From NCBI GenBank assembly GCA_963822445.1, contig CAWGHO010000003.1:736001-800000 (forward strand): 64,000 nucleotides of DNA, given 5' to 3'. Within the stretch, counting starts at the first letter, position 1; each line of letters starts with the position of its first letter. The notes under the pieces are model-generated. The model searched no databases. It saw only the letters and a program-made list of their open reading frames with translations, and was not told the origin of the DNA. This document shows positions 22,018 to 32,269 of the stretch, in pieces. Both the position numbers and the translations under genes were made by a program. This DNA comes from an uncultured Acidobacteriota bacterium (GTDB taxonomy: Bacteria > Acidobacteriota > Thermoanaerobaculia > Gp7-AA8).

Positions 22018-22758
22018 TCAGTGGCGCCGGCTCTCGCGGTGTCGCGAGATGGCGATCCAGAGCGCGATCAGGCCGGCTCCGAACCAGAGGAGGGTGGCGA
22101 TGGCCCACTGTGCGAGCTCAGGCAACGTCAGCAAGGCCGCCGCGCTCTTCTGGACCGTGGCAAAGAAGAGTTGTGCGCCGGGGACGTAGCGCCACTCGCT
22201 GTCGTCGGGCTGGTTGAGCAGGTCACCGAGTCCGCCCATCAGCAAAAGCACGCCGGCGGCGCCGAAGAGCCAGCGCATTGGATGGCGCAGGCCCAGCACC
22301 AGCGCGCTGCCGAGGAGATACAGGGCCATCGTCGCGACGACCGGGACGCGCGCGAGCTGCTCCGCGGGGGACGCGCCGGCAATGAGCGCCAGCGCGAGCA
22401 GCCAGGTGACGAAGAACGTCACGGCAGCGATCAGCCACACCCCGCCCGCGAACACTTTCGCGAGTGCCAATCGCTGCCGGTTCACGGGGAGGGTCCAGAG
22501 GAAGGAAGGCCCGAATCGCTTCTCACTTCTCCAGACGGCGAAGGGATAGAGGAAGGCGATGAGCGGGAGCGGGAACATGTCGTGGGCATCGAATCCCGGA
22601 CCGCCGCTGATGATCTCCTTCACGACCATCAACGTGCCGATGCCGAGGACCGCGGCAACGACGAGCGCCGCGGGGCGGAGATTCAGGCCGACGATCCGGA
22701 TCTGCTCGAGCACGACGTCGCGCCAGCGCGGCAGCGGATGAAGAGTCACTTCAGTCAT
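22018..22758 (-). CDS. ABC-2 type permease-like membrane protein
   Basis: About 6 TM helices, TLPVNRQRLALAK; ATGA-coupled to the ATPase. Confidence 0.75.
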   Translation of the reverse strand: MTEVTLHPLPRWRDVVLEQIRIVGLNLRPAALVVAAVLGIGTLMVVKEIISGGPGFDAHDMFPLPLIAFLYPFAVWRSEKRFGPSFLWTLPVNRQRLALAKVFAGGVWLIAAVTFFVTWLLALALIAGASPAEQLARVPVVATMALYLLGSALVLGLRHPMRWLFGAAGVLLLMGGLGDLLNQPDDSEWRYVPGAQLFFATVQKSAAALLTLPELAQWAIATLLWFGAGLIALWIAISRHRESRRH

Positions 22759-23667
22759 CGCGGTTCCTCCTCGGCCAGAAAGGCAAGGGCCGCGTCTTCC
22801 AGCGCCAGCGACGTGACGTCGCGAACCGTCGCGCCGGCGGCGGCGAGCCGCGCGGTCACGTCGCGCTCTTCGCCGATCAGCGTCCACTGCACTTCGCGGC
22901 CGCCGCGCGAGCGCCGCAGACTCGGAGTCCGAAGCTCAGGCGGCGCTTCCCATCCTTCGGGCACTTCGACGCGGTAGCGGAGGACGGTCCGCCGCAGCTC
23001 ATCGCGGGACATCTGCGCGACCAGGCGGCCCGCGTTGAGCACGCCGATGTGATCGGCGAGGCTATCCACCTCGCCGATGTGGTGCGTCGCGATCAGGACC
23101 GTCGTCGGTGTGTCGGCCAGGTGCTCGGCGAGTTGCGTGAGCGTGCGATTGCGCACGACGGGATCGAGGCCATCGGTGGGCTCGTCGAGCAGCAGCAGGG
23201 AAGGGCGATGCGCCAGGGTGAGCACGAACTGCAGCCGGCGGCTCTCGCCTTTCGAAAGCGTGCCGATCTTCCGCTCCGGACGGACGCCGAAGATCTCGAT
23301 GAGACGCGCGGCGTACGCGTGATCCCAGGCCGGGTAGTGCGCGGCGACGTGCCGGATCAACTGCGTGCCCGTCAGCCATGAATAGGCGTGTTCGTGCGAC
23401 TCGGGCATGTAGCCGATCTGCGCCCGCACCTGGGGACCGTCCGTGGCGGTGTCGAGCCCGAAGACTTCCGCACGTCCCTCGTCCGGGCGCTCGAGATTCA
23501 GCAGCACTTTCATCGCGCGTGCTCTTGCCGGCGCCGTTCGATCCGATGAGCACGTAGACCGCGCCCTCGGGGACGCGAAGGTCGACGGCGTTCAGGGCCG
23601 GCTGTTTTCCGTAGCGCATCGACAATCCATGCGTCGTTACCGCGAATGACTCCGGCGAGCGGCTCAT
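22755..23667 (-). CDS. ABC ATP-binding protein (single frameshift near 23515)
   Basis: Walker A GSNGAGKST in ORF 23062-23667; LSKGE and LLDEPT in ORF 22755-23513. Confidence 0.85.
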
Positions 23668-24041
23668 TCGTCCTCCTTCGCCGCCAGCTTCTCGATCATC
23701 GTCACCAGCTCCTCCACGCCTATGCCGTTCCGCCGCGCTTCCAGCAGCGCGCGTTTGGCCACGGCCATGGCCAGGCTGCGCCGCTCTCCGGCGCCGCGGC
23801 GGACGGTGGGGGAGACGAACGTTCCCTGTCCGCGCCGCACGTAGATGACGCCCTCGCGCTCGAGCTCCTGGTAGGCCTGCGACACGGTCCGGGGATTCAC
23901 GACCAGCTCCGCGGCGAGCTCGCGCACGGAAGGAAGCGGATCCTCGGCCCGCAACGTGCCGACGACGACCGCCCGCCGCACCTCATCCATGATCTGGAGA
24001 TAGAGCGGCCGCGCGTCCTGCGGTTCGAGGTTCACCAGCAT
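23664..24041 (-). CDS. GntR family regulator (YtrA type)
   Basis: LPSVRELAAELVVNPRTVSQAYQELEREG...RGQGTFV; short C-terminus; precedes ABC genes. Confidence 0.93.
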   Translation of the reverse strand: MLVNLEPQDARPLYLQIMDEVRRAVVVGTLRAEDPLPSVRELAAELVVNPRTVSQAYQELEREGVIYVRRGQGTFVSPTVRRGAGERRSLAMAVAKRALLEARRNGIGVEELVTMIEKLAAKEDE

Positions 24042-24050
24042 CAGGCCGCC

Positions 24051-24084
24051 GTGGCAGTGTTGTACACAAGCGCAACACTACCAC
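24051..24084. promoter_or_regulatory. Probable YtrA-type operator
   Basis: GTGGCAGTGTTG-N10-CAACACTACCAC (11/12 inverted match) just upstream of gntR. Confidence 0.65.
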
Positions 24085-24118
24085 ACTGCTGGCGGGTCAT
24101 GGAAGTGACGACGGTGTG

Positions 24119-24194
24119 ACGGTGTGGTGCAGGCCTCCGGCCTGCCTCTGGGCGGGGGAATCGAAAGGCAGGCCGGAGGCCTGCACCACACCGT
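24119..24194. repeat. REP-like inverted pair, family B (GTGTGGTGCAGGCCTCCGGCCTGCC)
   Basis: Near-perfect arms; copies at 36248-36306 and 20238-20265; variant copies at 25679-25705, 29182-29208, 43838-43864. Confidence 0.9.
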
Positions 24195-24205
24195 AGAATC
24201 CTCCA

Positions 24206-24664
24206 ATGGAAAAACTCCAACAACGCATCTTCATCAACGCACCGCGCGAACGGGTGTGGGACGTCATGCTGGCCGACGACACCTACCGCCAGTGGACGAG
24301 CGCCTTCCACGCCGGCTCGTACTACAAAGGCGATTGGAGTCAGGGCTCGAAGATCCTCTTCCTCGGCCCGAGCGACGACGGCTCCGGCGAGGGAGGAATG
24401 GTCAGCCGGATCAAGGAAAACCGGCGCCACGAATTCATTTCCATCGAGCATCTGGGCATCGTTCGCGATGGCGTCGAAGACACGGAAAGCGCCGAGGCCA
24501 AGAAATGGGCGCCGGCGTACGAGAACTACACGTTCGTGGAGAGAGACGGCGGGACTGAGCTGAGCGTCGAGATGGACATCGACTCGAAAGCGCGCGAGAC
24601 CTTCGAGAAGATGTGGCTGAAGGCGCTGGCAAAGCTCAAGGAGATCGCGGAGGCAGGCTCATGA
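24206..24664 (+). CDS. SRPBCC/AHSA1 domain protein
   Basis: IFINAPRERVWDVML...YENYTF...W.KALAKLKEIAE. Confidence 0.85.
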   Translation: MEKLQQRIFINAPRERVWDVMLADDTYRQWTSAFHAGSYYKGDWSQGSKILFLGPSDDGSGEGGMVSRIKENRRHEFISIEHLGIVRDGVEDTESAEAKKWAPAYENYTFVERDGGTELSVEMDIDSKARETFEKMWLKALAKLKEIAEAGS

Positions 24665-25122
24665 AACGCACCCGATTGCTGCTGTTCACCCTCTGCTTCG
24701 TGCTGACCTGCCCGGTCCTGGCTGAAGAGCCCGCGTTCGATCCCGAGCTCGCGAAGAAGCTCGGCGCCGATGAGCGCGGCATGCGCATGTACGTCCTCTG
24801 CATCCTCAAGACGGGGCCGAAGGATGCCGAGATCAAGGGTGATGAACGGAAAGCGATCTTCGCCGGCCACTTCGCGAACATCGGCAAGCTCGCCGATGAA
24901 GGGAAGCTTGCCGTGGCCGGCCCGTTCGGCAAGAACGACAAGTCCTATCGCGGTCTCTACATCTTCAACGTGTCGACTCTCGAAGAAGCGGAGAAGCTGG
25001 TCACGCTCGATCCGGCGGTGAAGGCGGGAGTGTTCGTCCACGAGCTCACGCCCTGGTACGGCTCGGCCGCGATGATGGTCGTCAACGACACCCACAAGCG
25101 GATCGAGAAGCCGAAGGAGTAA
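24661..25122 (+). CDS. YciI-family protein, secreted
   Basis: GHFANI...LAVAGPF...DPAVKAG; signal peptide. Confidence 0.8.
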   Translation: MKRTRLLLFTLCFVLTCPVLAEEPAFDPELAKKLGADERGMRMYVLCILKTGPKDAEIKGDERKAIFAGHFANIGKLADEGKLAVAGPFGKNDKSYRGLYIFNVSTLEEAEKLVTLDPAVKAGVFVHELTPWYGSAAMMVVNDTHKRIEKPKE

Positions 25123-25140
25123 TGTCTCGACGCGTCAAAT

Positions 25141-25665
25141 TCACGCGTCGTAAACGATGTCGTATTCGAGACGCACCGTGCCCGACTTCTCGTAGACGCG
25201 CTGGTTGCGAAGGGCCAGCTTCGTGCGCGGTGCGGGAGAAGGCAGGAGAGGGATGCCGCCGCCGAGGAGCACGGGAACCACCGCGACCTCGATCTGATCG
25301 ACGAGCCGCGCCGCGAGCAGACTGCGAAACAGCTCCCCGCCTCCGAACAGGGCGATGTCCTTTCCGGGCTGACCGCGCAACTCCCGCACGACCCGCTCGG
25401 CATCGGCTTCGATCCTGAATTTCGGGAAGTCCGCTGGTCTCATCGTGCGCGAGAAGATGATGTTGCGAATGCCCGGTGCTTCCTCTGCCATGCCCATCTG
25501 CCGCATCGCGTCGAACGTCTTCCGCCCGATCAGGAACGTGTCGTACCGGCTCATCATCGCGGCGAAGTCGACGTCCGGATCCATCACGATCCAGTCGTAT
25601 TCGCCGTCCGGACCGGCGATGTACCCGTCGAGGCTGACCGCGCCACCAAAGCGGACGAGACGCAT
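25141..25665 (-). CDS. Dihydrofolate reductase / RibD C-terminal family protein
   Basis: SLDGYIAG, GRKTF, GGGEL, PVLLGGGIPL. Confidence 0.9.
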   Translation of the reverse strand: MRLVRFGGAVSLDGYIAGPDGEYDWIVMDPDVDFAAMMSRYDTFLIGRKTFDAMRQMGMAEEAPGIRNIIFSRTMRPADFPKFRIEADAERVVRELRGQPGKDIALFGGGELFRSLLAARLVDQIEVAVVPVLLGGGIPLLPSPAPRTKLALRNQRVYEKSGTVRLEYDIVYDA

Positions 25666-25699
25666 GGGTGGAAAGGATAAGGTAGGCCGGAGGCCCACA

Positions 25700-26779
25700 C
25701 TACACCGGGAAGGCCACGCGAAAGATCGAGCCCCGCCCTTCGTCGCTCTGCACGTCGATCGCCGCGTGGTGCATGTGCGCGAGCTGTTTGACGATGGCCA
25801 GGCCCAGGCCGGTGCTTTTCTCGTCGCTCGTGCCCGCGGCTCCCAGCGTTCGGAACGGCTCGAAGATCTCGGCGAGCTTGTCCCTGGGGATGCCGATTCC
25901 CTGGTCCTCGATCTCGACGACCGCGCGCTCTGCTTCCTTGCGCACGCGGATGGTGACGTTGGTGTTGCTCCGCGAGAACTTGATGGCGTTGACCACCAGG
26001 TTGTTGATGATCTGCCGGAGCTTGACCGGATCGGCGCGGATGATGGCCCGGTCGGTGAGAGGCTCGAAGGTGATGGTGATCTGCTTGCGGTCCGCGCGCA
26101 GCCGGTTGATCACCGCGGCATGAGCGGCGGCGTTGACCAGGTCGACGTCCTGCAGATCGACGTCGACGTGTCCGCTCTCCAGCCTCGCCGAGTCGAGCAG
26201 CTCCTCGACCAGTTCGGCCATGAACCGGGAGGACGTGGAGATCTCGTCGATGAACAGCAGTTGTTCCTCGCGGCGAAGGTCGTCCGCTTTGAGCAGGTCG
26301 GCGTACGAGGAGATCACGGTGAGTGGATTGCGCAGGTCGTGTGCGGCGATCGCGAGCAGGCGGGATTTCTCCGCGGACAACCGCTCCAGGGAAGCGCTCT
26401 TGCGAGCGAGCTCGCGCTCGCGGTTGATGACCTCGTTGTTCAGCCGGGACAGCTCTTCGTACACGCCCGGATTCATTCCGGGCGATGCCGGTGCGGCCAG
26501 GATCAGCAGCCCTTCTCCCCGCAAGCCGGCGAAGGTCAGCGAGCGCACCGTCCCGCCGGCGGGCACGTCGAGCTCCCAGCCCGCGGCGAAGCCGGTTGCC
26601 TCGACCGCGGCGATGAAGTGCTCCGCTTTCCGCGCCGAGCCTTCATCGACGAGCGCGCTGAGGGTCACGCCGGCGCGCGCCACGCCGAAGTCGTCGCCGT
26701 GGACTTTGACGACCGTGCCGTCGGCGGCGCAGGACAGCGCTAACCACTGCGTGGCTCCCGAGTAGCGAGGGTCAGCCAT
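25700..26779 (-). CDS. Soluble sensor histidine kinase
   Basis: AHDLRNPL H-box, NLVVNAIKFS, DQGIGI, GLGLAI; no TM segment. Confidence 0.93.
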   Translation of the reverse strand: MADPRYSGATQWLALSCAADGTVVKVHGDDFGVARAGVTLSALVDEGSARKAEHFIAAVEATGFAAGWELDVPAGGTVRSLTFAGLRGEGLLILAAPASPGMNPGVYEELSRLNNEVINRERELARKSASLERLSAEKSRLLAIAAHDLRNPLTVISSYADLLKADDLRREEQLLFIDEISTSSRFMAELVEELLDSARLESGHVDVDLQDVDLVNAAAHAAVINRLRADRKQITITFEPLTDRAIIRADPVKLRQIINNLVVNAIKFSRSNTNVTIRVRKEAERAVVEIEDQGIGIPRDKLAEIFEPFRTLGAAGTSDEKSTGLGLAIVKQLAHMHHAAIDVQSDEGRGSIFRVAFPV

Positions 26780-27818
26780 CGATCAAACTGTTTCCAAGCG
26801 CCACCGCCTCGGCGGCGTCTGTGGCCGCTCCGTCCGCTCCGAGAAAGCGCCACAGGTCGGGCCGTTCATGAAACACGTAGCCGCCGACGATCACTTTCAC
26901 GTTGGCGCAGCGCGAATCGGAACGGAGACGCGCCACGAGGTCGCGGGCCGTGCCGAGGTGGTAGGTCATGGTGATGCCGAGGGCCACGAGGTCGGGGCGT
27001 TCGCGGCAGACGAGGTCGACCAGCGCGGCGGCGGGCGTGTTCGCGCCGATGTACAGGCCGTCCCATCCTTCCATCTCGAAAAAATCGGCGACCATCCGCG
27101 TGCCGATCTCATGCAGCTCGCTGCCGACGCAGGCCACGACGACTTTTCGCCCGGTCCGCGGCGTCGCCAGGATCTGCGGGTAGAACTGGGCCATCAAAGC
27201 CTGCGTCGACGCGGTGCAGTAATGCTCCTCGGCCACGCTGATGACGTTGTTCTGCCAGAGCCGTCCGACCTCGCGTTGCGCGGGCTGGAAGACCTGCAGG
27301 TAGAGATCGCGGATGGCAACACCATCGCGCACCGCACTCTCGATGATCGCCACGGCTTCGCGCCGGTTTCCCTGGAGCAACGCGGTGAGGTACGTGTGTG
27401 CGAGGGGCGCCCGCGGTGAGGCGTCGAGATGCGAGTGCGCTTCCGACGGCTCGCTTTCGATGGCCGCGTCGATGTAACTCCGCACGGTTTGGGCTTCCGC
27501 ATCACCGAGCGAGCGGATCACTTCCTCGCGCAGGACCTCGAGGTTCGTCTTCAGGTCGGCCCAGGGGATTTTGCGCGATTCGAGCATCTGGCGCGCCCAC
27601 TGGGTGTAGGCGACGAAGAGCGAGGGCGTCTCGAAGCGAAGCGCGTGGCCGAGGTATTGGAGGTGAAACTCCGCGTCCTCGAGGCAGCGCACGCGTCCGA
27701 CCTCGCCCCAGCGCTCCGCGAATTCCGGATGCCGCCGCAGATGCTCGGCGGCGATGCGTGCCGCGAGCTCCCGGCGGCCCGATTCCAGATGAGCGGCCGC
27801 GGCTTCGAAGGGTCCCAT
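26772..27818 (-). CDS. Globin-like (photoglobin/phycobiliprotein-like) domain + CarH-type cobalamin-binding domain
   Basis: N-terminal RCLED; W-x9-EH (WQNNVISVAEEH) and ExHxxG (ELHEIG) B12 motifs. Confidence 0.85.
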   Translation of the reverse strand: MGPFEAAAAHLESGRRELAARIAAEHLRRHPEFAERWGEVGRVRCLEDAEFHLQYLGHALRFETPSLFVAYTQWARQMLESRKIPWADLKTNLEVLREEVIRSLGDAEAQTVRSYIDAAIESEPSEAHSHLDASPRAPLAHTYLTALLQGNRREAVAIIESAVRDGVAIRDLYLQVFQPAQREVGRLWQNNVISVAEEHYCTASTQALMAQFYPQILATPRTGRKVVVACVGSELHEIGTRMVADFFEMEGWDGLYIGANTPAAALVDLVCRERPDLVALGITMTYHLGTARDLVARLRSDSRCANVKVIVGGYVFHERPDLWRFLGADGAATDAAEAVALGNSLIDG

Positions 27819-27826
27819 GTGTGCCT

Positions 27827-28138
27827 TCAATCCGTGATGTAGCGGAAGGTGAGCATCTCCGTCGCTTCCGGCACGAGCTTGAGCCCTGCCGGGATGCCCG
27901 CGTGCGACTCGCGATAGAGATGACTGCGGTGCCACTCCCGGAAGCTGTCTTCATCACGCCAGTAAGTGAGGAGCCAGAACTCCGCCTCGTCCGCGGTGGG
28001 GGAGACCACGTCCATGCGCACGAACCCGTCGGCGCCGTCGACAAGGTGCGGACGGGCCAGAAACGCGTCGCGGACATCCGCGGCGCGTCCGTTCTTGACT
28101 TTGAATTTGGAGAGGGCGAGGAAGGCCGGGGCAGGCAT
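27827..28138 (-). CDS. ABM/IsdG-like monooxygenase (candidate heme oxygenase)
   Basis: RPHLVDGADGF...TYWRDEDSFREW...SH. Confidence 0.8.
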   Translation of the reverse strand: MPAPAFLALSKFKVKNGRAADVRDAFLARPHLVDGADGFVRMDVVSPTADEAEFWLLTYWRDEDSFREWHRSHLYRESHAGIPAGLKLVPEATEMLTFRYITD

Positions 28139-28212
28139 CGGGCGAAGATTGTACGGCGCCATTCTCGCGGCGGCCGCACTCCGTGCGGAATCCAGCCGTG
28201 CTCGGCCGCCGG

Positions 28213-29108
28213 CTATTTCCTGCTGGCCGCCTCCGCGCGCCGACGACGATCGTCGAAGATAGCGTGCAGGCGCCGTTCGTTGAAGCGCAGAAAGTCGTCG
28301 AGGCGCGTCTGCCAGTCCTTCAGCAAGACCTGCTTCCGTTGGCGTGATCCTCGGCGAAGTCGAGGAACATCTCGTCGTCGTGCAGGTAATTCTTGGCGAC
28401 CGTGACGTCGCTCTTGCGTACGACGTCGCCCTTCCAGGTGGTGAGACCCATGTTCGGCCGCGTCGCTTTGGCGCGCTCAGATCAATTCCGGGGCGGTCTT
28501 TCCCGTCACCGCGAAGTGCAGCTTGTTCTGGGCAATCTGGAAGAACTGCTGCGCCTCGGCGTCCTTCGGATCGTAGTCGGCGGCCAGCGCGAGGATCTCG
28601 CGCACGCGCAGGTACATCCGGCGCTCGCTGGCGCGGATATCGCGGATGCGCGCGAGCAGCTCATCGAAGTAGTCGGGCACACCGGGCCCGGGCGGGTTCT
28701 TCAGCCGCTCGTCGTCGAGGACGAAGCCTTTGACCAGGTACTCTTCCAGGCGTGCGGTAGCCCATTGTCGGAACTGCGTTCCGCGAGCCGACCGGACCCG
28801 ATAGCCGACAGCAAGGATCACCGGCAGGCTGTAGTGCTTGAGGTTGCGACGGATCTGGCGTTCCCCTTCGCGGCGAACTTGTAAGTAATCCTTACAAGTT
28901 GAGCTTTCCTCGAGCTCGCCCTCTTCGTAAATGGCGGCGAGGTGCATGGTGATGTTCTGGGGTGTCGTCTGGAACAACTCAGCAATGTCCGCCTGCGTCA
29001 GCCAGATCGTCCCTTTGGCGAAGCGGCACTCGACCGCGTCCGTCCGTCCTCCGTCCGGTACAGCACCAGATCGCCACCAGGGGGAATCGTCAGCTCGCCG
29101 TCGCTCAC
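28213..29108 (-). pseudogene. Decayed RhuM-family gene
   Basis: TIWLTQADIAELFQTT, VGYRVRS.RGTQFRQWA, QNKLHFAVTG. Frameshifts near 29035, 28480 and 28340 plus apparent internal deletions. Confidence 0.8.
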
Positions 29109-29242
29109 GCGGGGACCTCGTTGACCAAGTTCGGATGGTAACAAACGTGCCGGGCCGGCCTACCCACGGTAGAAAATTCAAAGGTAGGCCGGAGGCCCAC
29201 ACTACACGGGCGCGTATCATCTGCCCACGGGAGCAAGTTCAA

Positions 29243-31606
29243 CTGGAGCGCTCGTCCGAAGCGGACCGCTACACCATCATCGCGCCCATCGGCAAAGGCG
29301 GGATGGGAGAGGTCTTCCGTGCCCGCGATAACCGCCTCGAGCGCGACGTTGCGTTGAAGATCCTTCCCGCGGCGTATGCGAGCAATCCCGATCGCCTTCG
29401 CCGGCTGGAACAGGAAGCGCGCGCCGCCGGTCAGATCAACCATCCGAACGTCGTCGCGGTCTACGACGTCGCGACGGTCAACGGCGCGACCTGCATCGTT
29501 TCAGAATTGCTGGAAGGGGAGACTCTTGGTCAGCGCCTCGCGCGAGGCAGGATTCCGGACTCACAAGCGATTCGCTACGCCGTTCAGATTGCCGAGGGGC
29601 TGGCCGCGGCGCATCGGCGCGGGGTGGTTCATCGCGATCTCAAGCCGGACAACATCTTCCTCACCACCGATGGCGATCGCGCCAAGATTCTCGACTTCGG
29701 CCTGGCCCAGTCGTTCGAGCCGGTGCTGGACGGACCGACCGTGCCTCATCCGACTCAGCCGGGCATGGTGGTGGGGACGGTTGGCTACATGGCTCCGGAG
29801 CAGGTCCGCGGAGGAGCGGCGGATCAGCGTTCCGACATCTTCTCGTTCGGCGTCGTGCTCTTCGAGATGCTCAGCGGCCGGCGCGCGTTCCACCGCGGCA
29901 GCGCCGCCGACACGATGGTCGCCATTCTCAACGAGGAGCCGCCGGAGCTTTCCAGCGAACAACCGGGACTTCTGCCGATTCTCCGCCGCTGCCTGGCCAA
30001 GAATCCCGATGGGCGATATCAGTCGGCGCGCGATCTCGCGTTTCATCTCGAACAACTCGCATCGCTTTCGGGCTCGGCGTCGGTGCACAGTCACGCGGGT
30101 TCGCCGAAGTGGTCGTACGCCGTAGCGGCCATCCTCGCCGCGCTCCTCCTCGCGGCCTTCGTCTGGTACCTGGTCAACCAGCGCCGCGCGAGCATGCCCG
30201 CCCGCAGAACGAATTCGATTGCCGTCGTGCCGTTCGTCAACATGAGCCGCGCGCCCGATGCCGAATACTTCAGCGACGGGATGACCGAGGAATTGATCAC
30301 GGCGTTGTCGCGCGTCGAGGGGTTGCGCGTCGCGGCACGAACGTCCTCCTTCGCGTTCAAGGGAAAGCAGGGCGATGCGCGCGACATCGCAGGCAAGCTC
30401 GGCGTCGATCATCTTCTGGAAGGAAGCGTTCGCCAGACCGGCAATCGGTTGCGCGTCACGGCTCAATTGATCGACGGAAAGAACGGCTATCACGTCTGGT
30501 CGGAGACGTATGACCGGGAGATGCTGGACGTCTTTCGGATCCAGGAGGAAATCTCCCGCGAGATCGTCACCAGGCTCACGTCCGCGGCAGCGGCGCCGGC
30601 GAAAATCGAGCGCGCTTCGGCCGCAGAGTTCGCGGCGTACGACCTCTATCTGAAAGGAAACTTCCGGTTCAATCAGGCCCTCAACACGGGATCAGAAACA
30701 CAGTTGCAGCAAGCCGTCGGCCTTTACGAGCAGGCCATCGCCCGCAATCCGCGCTCTGCCGCTGCGTACTCCGGTCTGGCCAAGGCCTACACGCACTTCG
30801 AGCTCATGGGCGTACATGTCGAGGAACATCACCAGAAGGCGGAAGTAGCGGCGCGGCGCGCACTGCAGCTCGATCCGAACCTCGCCGAAGCGCACATCGC
30901 GCTCGGGGACGTTTTCTTTCATCACGGGAACAATGTCGCCGAAGCGGAACGTGAGTTTCGGCGGGCCATCGAGCTCGACCCCAACTCTGCCGAAGCGCAC
31001 TCCTACTACGGCTACCTGCTGCTACGCGAGTGTCGCGTCGACGAGGCCGGCGTGCAGGGCCGGCTCGCGGTGCAATCGTCGCCGCTCGACCTTGTCGCGA
31101 ATGTCTTTCTCGGTCACGCGCTGGTGTACGCGCGACAGTACGACGAAGCGATTCGCCATCTCGAGAACGCATTGCAGATCGACCCTCAGTCGGCCGGAAC
31201 CCTTCACATGCTCTCCGTCGCTCAGTCGATGCGCGGCGATCATGACAGGGCCATCGATGGATACAAGCGCGTGGCAGCGATGATCCCGAAGGATCCGCAA
31301 GTTCGGATCATGCAGGCCTGGCTCAACGCGCGCGCCGGGCGCGGTCAAGAGGCGTGGAAAATCGTCAATGAGGTGCTGGCCTTGCCTCCCGAGGAGCGCG
31401 TCAAAAGGAGTCACGTCCTCGGCGGGACGCACATCGTCCTGGGCGAGCACGAACGGGCTCTGGAGTGGCTGAAGAAGGGCGTCGAGACGGGGTACGTGAG
31501 CTGGTTCGATCTCAAAGCATCGCCGTGGTTCGACGCATTGCGATCGGATCCGCGCTTCACCGCACTGATCGAGCAGGCAGCGACGAAGGAAAAACGCAAG
31601 GCCTGA
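29243..31606 (+). CDS. Ser/Thr kinase + TM + TolB-N-like + TPR; start codon uncertain or damaged
   Basis: GKGGMGEV, HRDLKPDN, DFGLA, SIAVVPF...YFSDGMTEELI, TPRs. No in-frame ATG/GTG close to the kinase start. Confidence 0.9.
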   Translation: MERSSEADRYTIIAPIGKGGMGEVFRARDNRLERDVALKILPAAYASNPDRLRRLEQEARAAGQINHPNVVAVYDVATVNGATCIVSELLEGETLGQRLARGRIPDSQAIRYAVQIAEGLAAAHRRGVVHRDLKPDNIFLTTDGDRAKILDFGLAQSFEPVLDGPTVPHPTQPGMVVGTVGYMAPEQVRGGAADQRSDIFSFGVVLFEMLSGRRAFHRGSAADTMVAILNEEPPELSSEQPGLLPILRRCLAKNPDGRYQSARDLAFHLEQLASLSGSASVHSHAGSPKWSYAVAAILAALLLAAFVWYLVNQRRASMPARRTNSIAVVPFVNMSRAPDAEYFSDGMTEELITALSRVEGLRVAARTSSFAFKGKQGDARDIAGKLGVDHLLEGSVRQTGNRLRVTAQLIDGKNGYHVWSETYDREMLDVFRIQEEISREIVTRLTSAAAAPAKIERASAAEFAAYDLYLKGNFRFNQALNTGSETQLQQAVGLYEQAIARNPRSAAAYSGLAKAYTHFELMGVHVEEHHQKAEVAARRALQLDPNLAEAHIALGDVFFHHGNNVAEAEREFRRAIELDPNSAEAHSYYGYLLLRECRVDEAGVQGRLAVQSSPLDLVANVFLGHALVYARQYDEAIRHLENALQIDPQSAGTLHMLSVAQSMRGDHDRAIDGYKRVAAMIPKDPQVRIMQAWLNARAGRGQEAWKIVNEVLALPPEERVKRSHVLGGTHIVLGEHERALEWLKKGVETGYVSWFDLKASPWFDALRSDPRFTALIEQAATKEKRKA

Positions 31607-31609
31607 GAT

Positions 31610-32269
31610 TCAGTCTTTCTCAGGGGTCGTCGATGCCGACGGCGACCACAAAACCAGCCGCTCGCCGCCGATCTCGATCTCATCGCCCTGCTTCAGCTCC
31701 ACGGCGCCGGTCAACGGCTGCCCGTTGACGCGCGTGCCGTTCATGCTCCCGAGATCCTCCACGGTCACGGTTTCTCCGGCCACACGAACGCGTGCGTGAT
31801 GGCGCGATGTGAGCGCGGTGAAGAGCGGGATCTCCACCTCCTCGCCGCGGCCGATCAGCTGATCTCCTTCGCGAAGCGGATACCGCCTGGTGTCGTGGAG
31901 GAGCGTGAACGGCGATGAGCTCTCGACCTTCGGCGCCGCCCTGATCTCTTCGACCGGCGCGACGAATTTGTAGCCGCGCTTTCGGGTCGTCTGCACGTAC
32001 CGCGGCTCGTCGGCATCGTCTCCGAGCAGCTCGCGCAGGTCGGCCACGGTCCGCGAAAGCGACGTCTCCGAGACCACGACGTCGCCCCAGACCTCTTCGA
32101 GCAGCGTCTCTTTGGTGAGGAGCGTGCCGCGGTGCTCGATCAGATAAACCAGCAGGTCGAACACTTTCGGCCGGATCTCCAGACGCTCCTGACCGCGCCG
32201 CAGCTCCCCGGCCTGCACGTCCAGGCGGAAGGGACCGAACTCGTACGCCGCCGCAGCCTCGCCGGCCAT
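31610..32269 (-). CDS. OmpR/CadC-type winged helix + FHA domain regulator
   Basis: YEFGPFRLD...YVQTTRKRGYKF; FHA motifs IGRG, SRHHA, GSMNGT. Confidence 0.9.
   Translation of the reverse strand: MAGEAAAAYEFGPFRLDVQAGELRRGQERLEIRPKVFDLLVYLIEHRGTLLTKETLLEEVWGDVVVSETSLSRTVADLRELLGDDADEPRYVQTTRKRGYKFVAPVEEIRAAPKVESSSPFTLLHDTRRYPLREGDQLIGRGEEVEIPLFTALTSRHHARVRVAGETVTVEDLGSMNGTRVNGQPLTGAVELKQGDEIEIGGERLVLWSPSASTTPEKD

Noticed and set aside
20500-23520. Programmed frameshifting or pseudogenisation of the ABC/M1 operon
   Set aside because: Several single-base indels cluster in 3 kb, partly compensating, with no slippery motifs and otherwise intact motifs. Read or assembly error is the simpler explanation; needs read data.
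24119-24194. tRNA or structured ncRNA at GC hairpins
   Set aside because: No cloverleaf or T-loop motif; they are dispersed multi-copy palindromes.
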